DNA of 64,000 bases from Macrostomum lignano (Eukaryota): positions 62,001 through 126,000 of the forward strand of contig NIVC01001715.1 of NCBI GenBank assembly GCA_002269645.1. Reading direction: 5' to 3'. A program made the position numbers and the translations under genes. Of this stretch, positions 23,375 through 36,220 are shown piece by piece (positions within the stretch are counted from its first letter, which is position 1; each line of letters begins with the position of its first letter). The notes under the pieces were generated by a model. That model had not been told where the DNA came from. It was given only the letters and a program-made list of their open reading frames with translations, and did not search any database.

Positions 23375-26300
23375 GTAAGAATTTAAATTCCTTAGACTTA
23401 GTCTTTAGACTAAAGGCAATTATGCTTTTTTGAAGTTTCATTGCAAATTCATTTGATTACTTATTTCTATTTCGGTTGTAAGACATTTAAAATTAGTTGA
23501 AAGTCAGACTTGGCCATTGACCTTAACAAAATACTTGCATTACAAATATAATAATCATTCAATATCAATATCATCATGAAAGTGGCAGTGTGCAAGATAA
23601 TCTAAAGTTACTTAGAAAATGTGCTCTATGCCATATAGCCAATCATTCAGTGTATATACAAAACAAAAGAACAAAGGCTTTAACCAATTGTATACCAACA
23701 TGTCAAATTAAAAATGGCTTTAGAACTTAGAAGTTATCAAGCCATAATTTAGTAGGGCTTAGATAGGATCATTTTTTGTGGGATTGGGATCAGGACTGGG
23801 TTTTTTGCCAGAGGCAAGGTGTGGGATTGCACTGTATTTCCAATTTTCTTGTTTTAAGACAATGCAAATAAGGCTTAAAAGGAAAAATTAAGTTGTAAGA
23901 CTGCATGTAAACTGCAATTACCTTTTTAATTTTAGGGTGAATTATATCAAAATTCAGGGTGTATATATATATATATATATTCTATTTACAAAGAATCTAA
24001 GATTTTTTAGGAATTAGGAACCATAGTCAGGAAGATGACCTTTTTCATAGAAAATTCCGGTGCAAAAAGGGATTGGATGTGTTCTACATTTGCGCATTCC
24101 AGCAAAACAGCAAGCAAGGACCATACTCAGGAAGGTGGCCTGCACGCGAGAATTTTCCCGCATGCACAAGCCACGCTAAAATTTTGGCATGCAAAGTTGG
24201 CGTGCAAATAGGGGTCTCAAGCCACGCCTAAATTTTCAGCGTACAAGTTTTTTACTTGGCGTGTAACCTTGGCGTGCAATTACAAACTAACAGTATATCA
24301 ACAAGTCAGATATAGATGTATACACTATATATATACAATATATAAAGTTAAACGTGAACAATTGAATTTAAATATTGATTAAACCAACTAGTTGAAGCTA
24401 CAGCCTAGCCTACAGCCAGGCCTACACTCTACAGCCTACATTAAAATTAAAATATCCAATAACTTTTAAACGCTCTTATTTTGTGACTCTTGTAGACTTT
24501 TAGTTTATTTGTTTCTTGAAATGTAAAGAAAAAGTTTTTGATACTCACTATGTTCTTTGTAGCGAATTTCCTTTTTTTTATATAAACTTTGTTTAATGTA
24601 AGTAGAAAATTTATTTAAAAATAGTATCTAATACAGTATATACAATTTTCGGCGTACATGATTTTTGGTATTCAAGATTTTTGGCATGCAACAGAAACGT
24701 CATGTTAAGGGTTTTAAAAAATTGGCGTACATTGGCATGCACCAAGGATTTTTCCATAAATTGATTCCCGCGTGCACTTGCCACCTTCCTGACTATGGGG
24801 CAAGGAGAAATCTGGTGCAGTACAGTGCAAGACAAAAATTGACATAATTTGGTGCAAGACAAAAACTTCTAACAAGACAATATTTTCTTGTATATTTTCT
24901 ATATCTTTTCTATATATATTTATTTTCTATAAATATTTTCTTGATAGAAAATTAGCATATAATTAATTTTTGTTTTAACACTTTGTTGTTTAGTGTATTA
25001 ATAGATTTTTAATTTATTTATATTAACATTGCATTTTCTATCAGTGATGGGCATTGCTAAATATTTTTGTAGCGCCGCTATATAGCATTTCCACTATCAA
25101 ATTTAAAAAAAAGTTAGCGCCGCTATATAGCATTTTGCCGATTTCGGCTATCAAATTTAAAAAAAAAGTTAGCGCCGCTATATAGTGGCTGCTATTTTAG
25201 TTTCAAAATTAGCAAATTTAGTGCAACTAAATATCCTATATACTAAAAATGGTCTGTCTGTGTCTATCTATCTATCTATCTATCTATGTGATCGATTAGA
25301 GAAAAAATGGCTGGACCGATTTTGTTCGAACTTGCACTGTTCGATCAGAAATTTTCCCGTGACGGTACATGCATCGTGGCTAAGAAATTGCTCAATGCTA
25401 AAGGCATTAAATATTCGAAAAACATGCTTTTTTGCAAAGGTCAAGCAAACTTTTTGACTTGAAATGCATTGTAAGAATGCTAGAGAAAAAACTGACTGGT
25501 TGAATTCTGACTCTGAAATAGATTGCATCATAACTGAATTGTAACTCTGACTTGAATTGAAAATGCAGTGTGGAAGCCTAGCACCAGACTTGATTTAAAT
25601 TGCGTAACCATATTGTTAACTGATACTGACTGACTGAGAAACTGATTATGTCATAACTGCTTCGTGTGATTTACTCTATGCTTGGATTTTAAACTGTTGA
25701 ATTATATATATATATGTGCAAAATTTGATAAATGCAGCAACGATGGTTCGAATTTTCATAGAATATAATTTTTTCAATTAAAGCTTTTCAACGTCAGGAA
25801 AACTAAAAGACTTTTTAACAAGAAGCGTCATGTAAAAATCATAGAAGCGTCATATAAAAATCATAGATGCGTCATTTAAAAAATCATAGAAGCATCGTAT
25901 AAAAATCATAGATGCGTCATTTAAAAAATCATAGAAGCGTCATATAAAAATCAAAGATGCGTCATTTAAAAAATCATAGAAGCGTCATGTAAACAATCAT
26001 AGAAGCGTCATGTAAACAATCATAGAAGCGTCATGTAAACAATCATAGAAGCGTCATGTAAACAATCATAGAAGCGTCATGTAAACAATCATAGAAGCGT
26101 CATGTAAAAAATCATAGAAGCATCATGTAAACAATCATAGAAGCGTCATGTAAAAAAATCATAGAAGCGTCATTTATAAAATCATAGAAGCGTCATGTAA
26201 ACAATCATGAAAGCGTCATGTAAAAAATCATAGAAGCGTCATTAAAAAATCATAGAAGCGTCATGTAAACAATCATAGAAGCGTCATGTAAAAAATCATA

Positions 26301-29300
26301 GAAGCGTCATTTAAAAATCATAGAAGCGTCATGTAAAAAATCATAGAAGCGTCATGTAAACAATCATGAAAGCGTCATGTAAAAAATCATAGAAGCGTCA
26401 TTAAAAAATCATAGAAGCGTCATGTAAACAATCATAGAAGCGTCATGTAAAAAATCATAGAAGCGTCATTTAAAAATCATAGAAGCGTCATGTAAACAAT
26501 CATACAAGCGTCATTTAGAAAAATCATAGAAGCGTCATGTGAAAATCATAAAAGCGTCACGTAAACAATCATAGAAGCGTCATGTAAACAATCATAGAAG
26601 CGTCATGTAAAAAATCATAGAAGCGTCATGTAAACAATCATAGAAGCGTCATTTAAAAAATCATAGAAGCGTCATGTAAACAATCATAGAAGCGTCATGT
26701 AAAAAATCATAGAAGCGTCATGAAAACAATCATAGAAGCGTCATGTAAAAAATCGTAGAAGCGTTATATAAAAATCATAGAAGCGTCATTTTTGAAAAAT
26801 CATAGAAGCGTCATGTAAAAAATCGTAGAAGCGTCATGTAAACAATCATAGAAGCGTCATGTAAACAATCATAGAAGCGTCATTTAAAAATCATAGAAGC
26901 GTCATATAAAAAATCAGAGAAGCATCATGTAAACAATCATAGAAGCGTCATGTAAAAAATCATAGAAGCCTCATTTAAAAATCATGGAAGCGTCATGTAA
27001 GCAATCATAGAAGCGTCATGAAAACAATCATAGAAGCGTTATGTAAACAATCATAGAAGCGTCATGTAAAGAATCATAGAAACGTCATGTAAAAAATCAT
27101 AGAAGCGTCATGTAAACAATCATAGAAGCGTCATTTAAAAAAATCATAAAAGCGTCATTTAAAAAAATCATAAAAGCGTCATGTAAACAATCATAGAAAC
27201 GTCATGTAAACAATCATAGAAGCGCCATGTAAAAAATCGTAGAAGCGTCATATAAAAATCATAGAAGCGTCATGTAAACAATCATACAATTGTCATGTAA
27301 AAATTGTAGAAGCGTCATGTAAAAAATCATAGAAGCGTCATGTAAACAATCATAGAAGCGTCATGTAAAAATCATAGAAGCGTCATGAATAAATCATAGA
27401 AGCCTCATTTAAAAAGTAATGAAAGTGTCATTTAAAATATTAAGAAGCATCATGGTAGAATAAAAGAAGCGTCATGTCAGACATGAAGCGGGTCATGGAA
27501 AAATTAAATGCAGCTATAATGCTGTGCTGGGGAGAATTACTGAGACGTCAAGGCTCTCAGAGAATAACTGAGATTACGGGGGGGGGGGTTTCTGAGATGT
27601 CAAAGCAAAAGTCAGAGGCTACTTCAAAGTTTATGTACTTTACTCAATTTTTTATTGCATTCTTTGTTGGCTCGCCACGGGGGGCGCTGATAAAAAAGCG
27701 TAATGTAAAAAATAAAAGAAGCTTCATGTCGAAGTTAAGAGATTCATTTGGGAATCCCTACGATGTCGAGGCTTGCAGGGAATCGCTATAATGCTGTAGT
27801 AGTGCTATAATGACTCTCAGAGAGAATTACTGAAATTTCAATGCTTTAGGGTTAGGTTAGGGTTAGGGTTAGGGTAGGGTTAGGGTTAGGCTAGGGTTAG
27901 GGTTAGAAGGTTGACAGATATTTTTAGATTTCCAAGGCTTATTGGGGGCATTGCTGAGATGTCAAGGGGGGAAGTTGATGTGTTAAAGCTTGTGGGGGGG
28001 AATTATTGACATGTCAAGGCTTACAAGGTTTGACAGGAGATTTGTTAAGATTTCAAGGATATATGTAGCTTAATAAAAAAACGTGTATTGCATTTCTTTG
28101 GCGCCCCAACGGGGGGCGTAGATTGCTAGTGAAATTTGCTAAAATTCAAAATTTCCTAAAATATGAAAAAAGATTCATTTTTACTGTTTCTTTTCTTAAG
28201 TTTAAGCAGTGTGAATATTAGAAAGATTTTACTTTATATTTATTAAATAAAACAAAAATTTGTTAAAAATTTGTCAAATTGAAAAAAGTAAATTGTTGTA
28301 CTTATACTGCGCAAAGCCAAAGGATAAGATAGGGTAACCGGACATAATAATACTAACATTAACAGACAGTAGTACCATAGTAAGTTTAGTAACTTTACTT
28401 AGTAAGTTGCCACTGCCAGTTGCCAAGTCAGTCACCATTGCTGGTTGGCAATCAATGATAGTAATTGACATGACTATTTAAATTCTACTATTGGAATTGA
28501 TTGAATTACTGATTTAGGGAATTATATTCTACTTATGGCACTTGCAATTGAATCAATTGAATAAATTAAAAATTAAAATGACCATTTATAGATTTATTTA
28601 GGAGATAAAATAATTATTCAGAGAAAAAACTAATCGCAAGAACAACAGCAGCAAAAAACAAGACAAGTAACAAAAACACAAAATAAAAGTTAGACTCATT
28701 ACTCATCAGTCATCACTATCATACTCTATCAGGTATCAGCATCAGTCTATGATCTGTCTATGAGTCCTATGACTATGAGTATGACTGACTATCAATTTAT
28801 TTTATTTCTATCCCTATCCATATCAGTATGACAATATCAGTATTGCAACAATAAAAGGACCTTTTTGCATTGCAACAATACACAACTATAAAACCCTTTC
28901 TTGCATTATAAAATGTTGGTCTTGTGTATGCCAACAGCTATGCCATGCACTGGCTCTGTAGCACATTTTTTTGGCAAATTGTTTTGTATGCTAGATACTT
29001 CTTTATACTAAAGATCAAAGAATATTGAATTTTTAAGATTTGAAATTTTTTGACAAAATGATATGAGATCCAATCAAGATATTGGAGTATTTAGTTAAAA
29101 AAATTGAAGCTAAAAGTGAAAATTGCAGTTCTCTTTGTATAACTTTTTATATATTTAAAAAACAAAAGTAAATTTTGTGCATTTTTTAAAAATCACAACT
29201 GTTAATTCATAAAGAAACATGGAAATTTTTTTTGGGTGTATCATTTTTCTGAACACTTGGCTACATCCCTTGATATGGGTAACTATAATGAGTTGATTTT

Positions 29301-32300
29301 TTGGCACTAATTTGATACATTTTGAATTCAACGTGTTTATATTGATGTCTAGACTCTAGGTAATCCTATATACTAAAATCTATGCTATATTCAGAAGATT
29401 GCTATTCAACCCATGGCATTTTATTTTACTTTATTTTATATCTCAGATTCCTGGCACTTTTTAAAATCAAGATTCAATCAAGATTTGATCAAGAAAAATG
29501 TTAAAATCTTGAATATCTATTGCAAGATTGAGATCTTGTCCAACCTTGACTTTATCCCAACCATTTTTTAAGTCCATTGTCTACTATATAAGATTTGGAA
29601 ATGTGATGACATAGAAACTATATTGTCCCAATAACCCCTCTGGATTCTATAGGGATTCTATCCTTTTGTCTATTTTAAGATCAAGATTAGGATCTCATTT
29701 CACATCTTGACCTCTAAAATTTAGTTAGATTATAGTATGCTGCAGCTTATACAAGCATATGTTAAAATGAAAATTCTAGTTTTTTGATTCTACAGTAATA
29801 TAAATTAAAAATTCATGCCAAGAAAAACATTCCCTATATGCCAACTTTTTTCTTGGTAAATAATTAATAAAATTTGTTTAACACTTTTATTAAACAAGGG
29901 CCTATTTCTATAAAGTAAAGTTATGCTCTACCTAAAGGACTTAGTAAGGGTCCTGTGACTTGCCAACAATTATATCCATAGATAAAGAAAATTTGGATAA
30001 AAATGTAATGTTATGTTTTTTTGCAGATGCATAACTTTACAATCCAATTACATAAAAAGCAAGCATTTAAAAAGAAAAAAATACTTCTAGAAAATGTTTT
30101 CCTATACTCTCCTGATGCATTTTAGGCCTAGCTAAGATAGACCTTTTTGACATTGTTGCAAAGATTTAGGTTATTTTGCCTACATTATATTTGTTTTTAT
30201 CAATGGACAAGGATAAAAAGCTAAAAATGACATTCTTGGCATTGAAATTTGGCTAAATAAAAAGTTATATAAAAATGTTAGGCAAAATACATTACAAAAG
30301 TATTGAAAATTTATGATATAAAATGTTTGTAACTTATTAATACTTGACCAGTCTTCAACAATGGTATCTTTTTAATTAGGCAAATGAGATTTATCAATTG
30401 AAAAAATATAAAGTACTAAATAAAATAGGCCTAACTTTCAAAATCTCATTGGAGTCCCTAAAGTTTTTTCAATATAGCTAGAGTTTTATATTATTTGTTT
30501 TACTTTCATTTTCATAGTATTTTTTTAAATTTGGTTTTATGTATATTTAAAGCCTTTGCTCAAAATTCAATTTTTAATTTTTTAAAAGTTAAAAATTTTT
30601 TTTTCAATTTTAAACTAACCTAAACTTGGCCTTTTTGTATGCCAACTGTGTACACCAATGTTGGACCCAAAAATTCTATGTACCATATGTATGCCAAGAT
30701 TCTCAGTTAGGTGCAAAAATATGCAACTTTAAAATAAAGTTATATTATATTATATAACTATAATCGTATTATAGTATTATATATATATAAAAATGCATAT
30801 CTAACTAAAGTCTAAAACATAAATGATTTGTATATTATAAACTATTTATATAATATTGCAATTCAAGTTAGCTCTATCAGTGCATTTAGGTCCTTTGCTT
30901 ACCTTTGGGAGTCAGATATTCCTTATTTATCATTTTGTTTTAATAAAAAATATTTTTTTAATATATGCTTCATAAATATGGTAAACATTTAAATAAAAAG
31001 ACTTATGAAACTAGTTTAATTTTTACAAGCATATTGTGCAAAATTTGTACAAAAATGATTAGATGAGATGAAGGCTAAATATATTAAAATCAGTCTGTCC
31101 ACTCCTGGAGAAAAGTCTCTAAGGTATGAAATATATTATTGTTATATTTCTACATTCCTAAATATGAATCAAATCGTTGTTTAAAAATTTCAACAATGAA
31201 TTAAAATTGACAGGTAATTAATAATTTTTAGAATTGTTGGAACATCAAACTATCATAAATTAGCTAAGTTTTAGTTTGAACAAAATTCTATAAGCACTGC
31301 ACTCACCATGATGGCACAGGTCGAAAATTATCGAAGAGGTTCAAACCAACGCCCAGCTGAAACAGTCTGGCCAGCGATGCAGCCTGCTCATGCTTGGCGA
31401 CATTGGCAGCGGCAAGACCGCATTGGTCAGCCGGCTACGCGGAGGGGACGATAATCCCAGACGAGGACACGGGCTCGAGTACCACTGCTTGGAAGTGTCG
31501 GCCGCGGACACCTCTGGTGCCGGGAGCGTCGGCGGTGTCGGCGGCGTCTCTATTGAAGGCGATACCCGGCTTGGCGTGTGGGTCCTGGACGGCGATCCGC
31601 GGCATCAGAATTTGCTGCGCTTTGCCCTGCCCAAGGCCGCTTATCAGCACACTCTGGCTGTGCTGGTTGGCAGCGCTGAGGCGCCTTGGGCTCTGCTGGA
31701 CTCGCTGCAACAGTGGGCCGATATACTTAATAGGTTAGCTTTGGCTGTCCTGATAGTAGCTCTTACCACACCCCAGTGATCGCCCGTCCCATACCCCAGT
31801 GATCGCCCATCACACACCCCAGTGATCGCCCATCACACACCCCAGTGATCGCCCGTCCCACACCCCAGTGATCGCCCGTCCCACACCCCAGTGATCGCCC
31901 GTCCCATACCCCAGTGATCGCCCATCACACACTCCAGTGATCGCCCGTCCCACACCCCAGTAATCGCCCGTCCCATACCCCAGTGATCGCCCGTCCCATA
32001 CCCCAGTGATCGCCCGTCCCACACCCCAGTGATCGCCCGTCCCATACCCCAGTGATCGCCCGTCCCACACCCCAGTAATCGCCCGTCCGATACCCCAGTG
32101 ATCGCCCGTCCCACACCCCAGTGATCGCCCATCACACACCCCAGTGATCGCCCATCACACACCCCAGTGATCGCCCGTCCCACACCCCAGTGATCGCCCG
32201 TCCCATACCCCAGTGATCGCCCGTCCCACACCCCAGTAATCGCCCGTCCCATACCCCAGTGATCGCCCGTCCCACACCCCAGTAATCGCCCATCACACAC

Positions 32301-35300
32301 CCCAGTGATCGCCCGTCCCATACCCCAGTGATCGCCCGTCCCATACCCCAGTGATCGCCCGTCCCATACCCCAGTGATCGCCCGTCCCACACCCCAGTGA
32401 TCGCCCGTCCCACACCCCAGTGATCGCCCGTCCCATACCCCAGTGATCGCCCGTCCCATACCCCAGTGATCGCCCGTCCCACACCCCAGTGATCGCCCGT
32501 CCCACACCCCAGTGATCGCCCGTCCCATACCCCAGTGATCGCCCGTCCCACACCCCAGTGATCGCCCATCACACACCCCAGTGATCGCCCATCACACACC
32601 CCAGTGATCGCCCGTCCCACACCCCAGTGATCGCCCGTCCCATACCCCAGTGATCGCCCGTCCCACACCCCAGTAATCGCCCGTCCCATACCCCAGTGAT
32701 CGCCCGTCCCACACCCCAGTAATCGCCCATCACACACCCCAGTGATCGCCCATCACACACCCCAGTGATCGCCCGTCCCACACCCCAGTGATCGCCCGTC
32801 CCATACCCCAGTGATCGCCCGTCCCATACCCCAGTGATCGCCCGTCCCATACCCCAGTGATCGCCCGTCCCACACCCCAGTGATCGCCCGTCCCATACCC
32901 CAGTGATCGCCCGTCCCACACCCCAGTGATCGCCCGTCCCACACCCCAGTGATCGCCCGTCCCATACCCCAGTGATCGCCCGTCCCACACCCCAGTGATC
33001 GCCCGTCCCACACCCCAGTGATCGCCCGTCCCATACCCCAGTGATCGCCCGTCCCACACCCCAGTGATCGCCCGTCCCACACCCCAGTGATCGCCCGTCC
33101 CACACCCCAGTGATCGCCCGTCCCATACCCCAGTGATCGCCCGTCCCATACCCCAGTAATCGCCCGTCCCATACCCCAGTGATCGCCCGTCCCATACCCC
33201 AGTGATCGCCCGTCCCACACCCCAGTGATCGCCCGTCCCATACCCCAGTGATCGCCTGTCCCACACCCCAACAATCGCCCATCCCACACCCCAACAATCG
33301 CCCATCCCACACCCCAACAATCGCCCATCCCACACCCCAACAATCGCCCGTCCCATACCCCAGTGATCGCCCGTCCCATGCCCCAGTGATCGCCCGTCCC
33401 ATACCCCAGTGATCGCCCGTCCCACACCCCAGTGATCGCCCGTCCCACACCCCAGTGATCGCCCGTCCCATACCCCAGTGATCGCCCGTCCCATACCCCA
33501 GTGATCGCCCGTCCCACACCCCAGTGATCGCCCGTCCCACACCCCAGTGATCGCCCGTCCCATACCCCAGTGATCGCCCGTCCCACACCCCAGTGATCGC
33601 CCATCACACACCCCAACAATCGCCCATCTCACACCCCAACAATCGCCCCAAGAAAGGCCATACAACCGCCCGGGTTTCCATCCCCCCCCGCAGACACGTG
33701 GATCGACTCGGCTTGGACCCAGACGAGGTCAAAGAGGCTGGCGAATCTCTCGTCCGTCAATTCGTCGACTACGCCGAGCCGGAAGTTGAAGGCGTCGACG
33801 GTGCCGGTAACGCGACGTCGCCGGTAGCGGCCCCGACTCCGCCCCAGCCGCTGGTTGTCGATGCCGGTCACCTCCGGCGTCCCGGCGCCGCGGCTGCCAA
33901 CCCGCTGCACCCTCCAGCAGACCCCGACAAGGTGGCCCTGCCGCTGCCAGACGGCGTGTTCACCTCCAACTCCGGCGTGCCGTTGGTGGTGGTGATCACT
34001 AAGGCCGACCTCATGGCGGGCAGTCTGGAACGTGATTTCGACTATAAAGAGGAACAATTTGATTATTTGCAGTACCACCTGCGAATGTTCTGCTTGAAGT
34101 GTGAGTTTATTTGGCTTTGGTAGTCTGTTATTAGGTTATCATGATTTCTAATAATGCCTAAAAATCGATCACTGATCCCCTAAAATATCTATCATGATCA
34201 CAAAATATTGATCTCTGATCCCCTTAGATCCCAAAATATTGATCTCTGATCCCCTTAGATCCCAAAATATTGATCTCTGATCCCCTTAGATCCCAAAATA
34301 TTGATCTCTGATCCCCTTAGATCCCAAAATATTGATCTCTGATCCCCTTAGATCCCAAAATATTGATCTCTGATCCCCTTAGATCCCAAAATATTGATCT
34401 CTGATCCCCTTAGATCCCAAAATATTGATCTCTGATCCCCTTAGATCCCAAAATATTGATCTCTGATCCCCTTAGATCCCAAAATATTGATCTCTGATCC
34501 CCTTAGATCCCAAAATATTGATCTCTGATCCCCTTAGATCCCAAAATATTGATCTCTGATCCCCTTAGATCCCAAAATATTGATCTCTGATCCCCTTAGA
34601 TCCCAAAATATTGATCTCTGATCCCCTTAGATCCCAAAATATTGATCTCTGATCCCCTTAGATCCCAAAATATCGAACACAATCCCCTAAGATCCCAAAA
34701 TAGCGACCAGTGATCCTATAGATCCCCAAAACTACCAGTGATCCCAATGATCAAACCAATCAAAATGACAAAACCCACACCAGACGGGGCCGCCCTGGTC
34801 TACACATCGGCTCGCGAGGACCGCAACTGCTCCCTGCTTCGGCAGTACCTGCTGCACCGCGTCTACGGCCTGCCCTGCCAGCAGCCCGCCTACGTGCTGG
34901 AGCGGGACTGCGTGTTCGTCCCGGCCGGCTGGGACAGCCCGGCCAAAGCCGCCCTGCTGCTCGCAGGCGGTCCGGCCGCCGCTCTGGCCCAGTCGCCTTA
35001 TCACGAAGTGCTGCCGAAGCCAAGCGGCTCCGGTGCCGCCGCTAATTTGGCTGGCGCCGCTGCTGCCACTTCCGGCCAACGTCGAGGCGGCGGCGTTGGC
35101 GGTGGCGCTTCCGCTGATGAAGCTGAGCAGCTGGCCGAGGATGAGCAGGTGTTCCTGTGCCGACTGCAGGCCTGCCTGTTGAAAGCGGCGCCAGCTGGTG
35201 GTGGCGCCGGCGCTGGTGGCGGCGGACAGCGCGGCGGCGCCGGAGTTCCCGGCGCTGGCGGCGGGCCGGGCGGAGCCTCGGCTGCCGCGGCCGCTATGGG

Positions 35301-35463
35301 CGCAAATGACGGCGTTTTGGCCACGTTTTTCAATTCGCTACTGACTAAGAAAGGGCCGGGCGGCCAAGGAGGTCCCGGCGGCGGCGGCCCAGGCGGCGCT
35401 GAGACGGCTAATAAACAGGCGCCTGCGGCGGCGGCGCCGTCTGCCGCGACTCAGCAGTCGTAA
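23331..35463 (+). CDS. DYNC1LI1: Cytoplasmic dynein 1 light intermediate chain. join(23331..23374,31320..31733,33694..34100,34784..35463), 514 aa
   Basis: DDEDGKQLW|SKIIEEV; P-loop GDIGSGKT; VWVLDGD; VVITKAD; FDYLQYHLRMFCLK|YGAALVYTS; VFVPAGWDS; C-terminal GVLATFFNSLLTKK helix. Likely co-ortholog of DYNC1LI1/2. Confidence 0.93.
24121..24798. mobile_element. 678-bp MITE with TIR CCATA(C/G)TCAGGAAGGTGGC and 8-bp TSD (A/G)GCAAGGA
   Basis: Inverted ends at 24121 and 24798; AGCAAGGA at 24113-24120 versus GGCAAGGA at 24799-24806. An orphan extra TIR lies at 24021. Confidence 0.75.
25042..25230 (+). mobile_element. hAT-type MITE 5' end (CAGTGATGGGCA, then repeated TAGCGCCGCTA)
   Basis: TIR-like start plus three AGCGCCGCTATATAG units; no matching right end seen. 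Confidence 0.4.
25234..25770 (+). mobile_element. Non-autonomous Helitron-like element (3' end uncertain)
   Basis: A^TCCTATATACTAAAA 5' end, then a (TCTG)/(TCTA)n microsatellite and GGACCGATTTTG, the layout of Lep1/DINE-type Helitrons. The same 5' end recurs at 29362-29378. Confidence 0.6.
25821..27475 (+). repeat. Minisatellite, 23-26-bp unit AATCATAGAAGCGTCAT(GTAAAC/TTAAAA)
   Basis: Tandem units in dynein LIC intron 1. Confidence 0.95.
27846..27906 (+). repeat. Interstitial telomeric repeat (TTAGGG)~10, slightly degenerate
   Basis: Read directly from the sequence; inside dynein LIC intron 1. Confidence 0.9.
31320..31733 (+). CDS. DYNC1LI1: Dynein LIC exon 2 (P-loop)
   Basis: GCACAG|G TCG AAA ATT; donor AG|GTTAGC. 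Confidence 0.9.
31770..33650 (+). repeat. Minisatellite, 23-bp unit CCCAGTGATCGCCCGTCCCAYAC, about 80 copies
   Basis: Fills dynein LIC intron 2. Confidence 0.97.
33694..34100 (+). CDS. DYNC1LI1: Dynein LIC exon 3
   Basis: CCCGCAG|A CAC GTG GAT; LPLPDGVFTSNSGVPLVVVITKAD; donor T|GTGAGT. Confidence 0.92.
34165..34745 (+). repeat. Minisatellite, 31-bp unit GATCTCTGATCCCCTTAGATCCCAAAATATT
   Basis: Near-identical units filling dynein LIC intron 3. Confidence 0.96.
34784..35463 (+). CDS. DYNC1LI1: Dynein LIC exon 4 (terminal)
   Basis: CACCAG|AC GGG GCC (YGAALVYTS) through to TAA at 35463. Confidence 0.92.
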
Positions 35464-35627
35464 TAGAATTGATAGAGTTGGTTAATTGACTCATAATTTA
35501 CGAGCTATAATTGACGATTTGTTTGCGTCTGGATTGGAAGATTCTGAATTTCTAAACTAAGATTTTTCTGATGCCAGATTTGTAACTTTTATTGTAGAAT
35601 GTTAAAGTCAACTGTTTGCCTACGCAG

Positions 35628-36220
35628 TCAGTGTCTCTAGATGTGGCACTAAAAGTGTAAGTGTCTCTAGATGTGGCACTAAAAGTGTAAGTGTCTCTAG
35701 ATGTGGCACTAAAAGTGTAAGTGTCTCTAGATGTGGCACTAAAAGTGTAAGTGTCTCTAGATGTGGCACTAAAAGTGTAAGTGTCTCTAGATGTGGCACT
35801 AAAAGTGTAAGTGTCTCTAGATGTAACACTAAAAGTGTAAGTGTCTCTAGATGTGGCACTAAAAGTGTAACTGTCTCTAGATGTGGCACTAAAAGTGTAA
35901 CTGTCTCTAGATGTAACACTAAAAGTGTAAATGTCTCTAGATGTGGCACTAAAAGTGTAACTGTCTCTAGATGTGGCACTAAAAGTGTAAATGTCTCTAG
36001 ATGTGGCATTAAAAGCGCAAATGTCTCTAGATGCGGCACTAAAAGTGCAACTGTCTCTAGATGCGGCACTAAAAGTGCAACTGTCTCTAGATGAGGCACT
36101 AAAAGTGCAACTGTCTCTAGATGAGGCACTAAAAGTGCAACTGTCTCTAGATGAGGCACTAAAAGTGCAACTGTCTCTAGATATGGCATTAAAAGTGCAA
36201 CTGTCTCTAGATGAGGCGCA
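35628..36220 (+). repeat. Minisatellite, 30-bp unit GTGTCTCTAGATGTGGCACTAAAAGTGTAA
   Basis: About 20 units downstream of the LIC stop codon. Confidence 0.96.

Noticed and set aside
25821-27475. CRISPR-like appearance (constant 17-mer with variable linkers)
   Set aside because: The linkers are 6-9-bp A-rich variants, not unique 25-45-bp spacers. There are no cas genes and the context is a eukaryotic intron.
28274-28471. 65-aa ORF with DLATGSG resembling SAM-binding motif I
   Set aside because: AT-rich, no later methyltransferase motifs and no usable splice sites. The DNA resembles hAT terminal motifs (TTGGCAAC, TAGGGTAACC), so this is likely chance.
31810-33665. Multiple GRAITGVWDGRSLG ORFs
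   Set aside because: Antisense translations of the 23-bp intronic minisatellite of dynein LIC.
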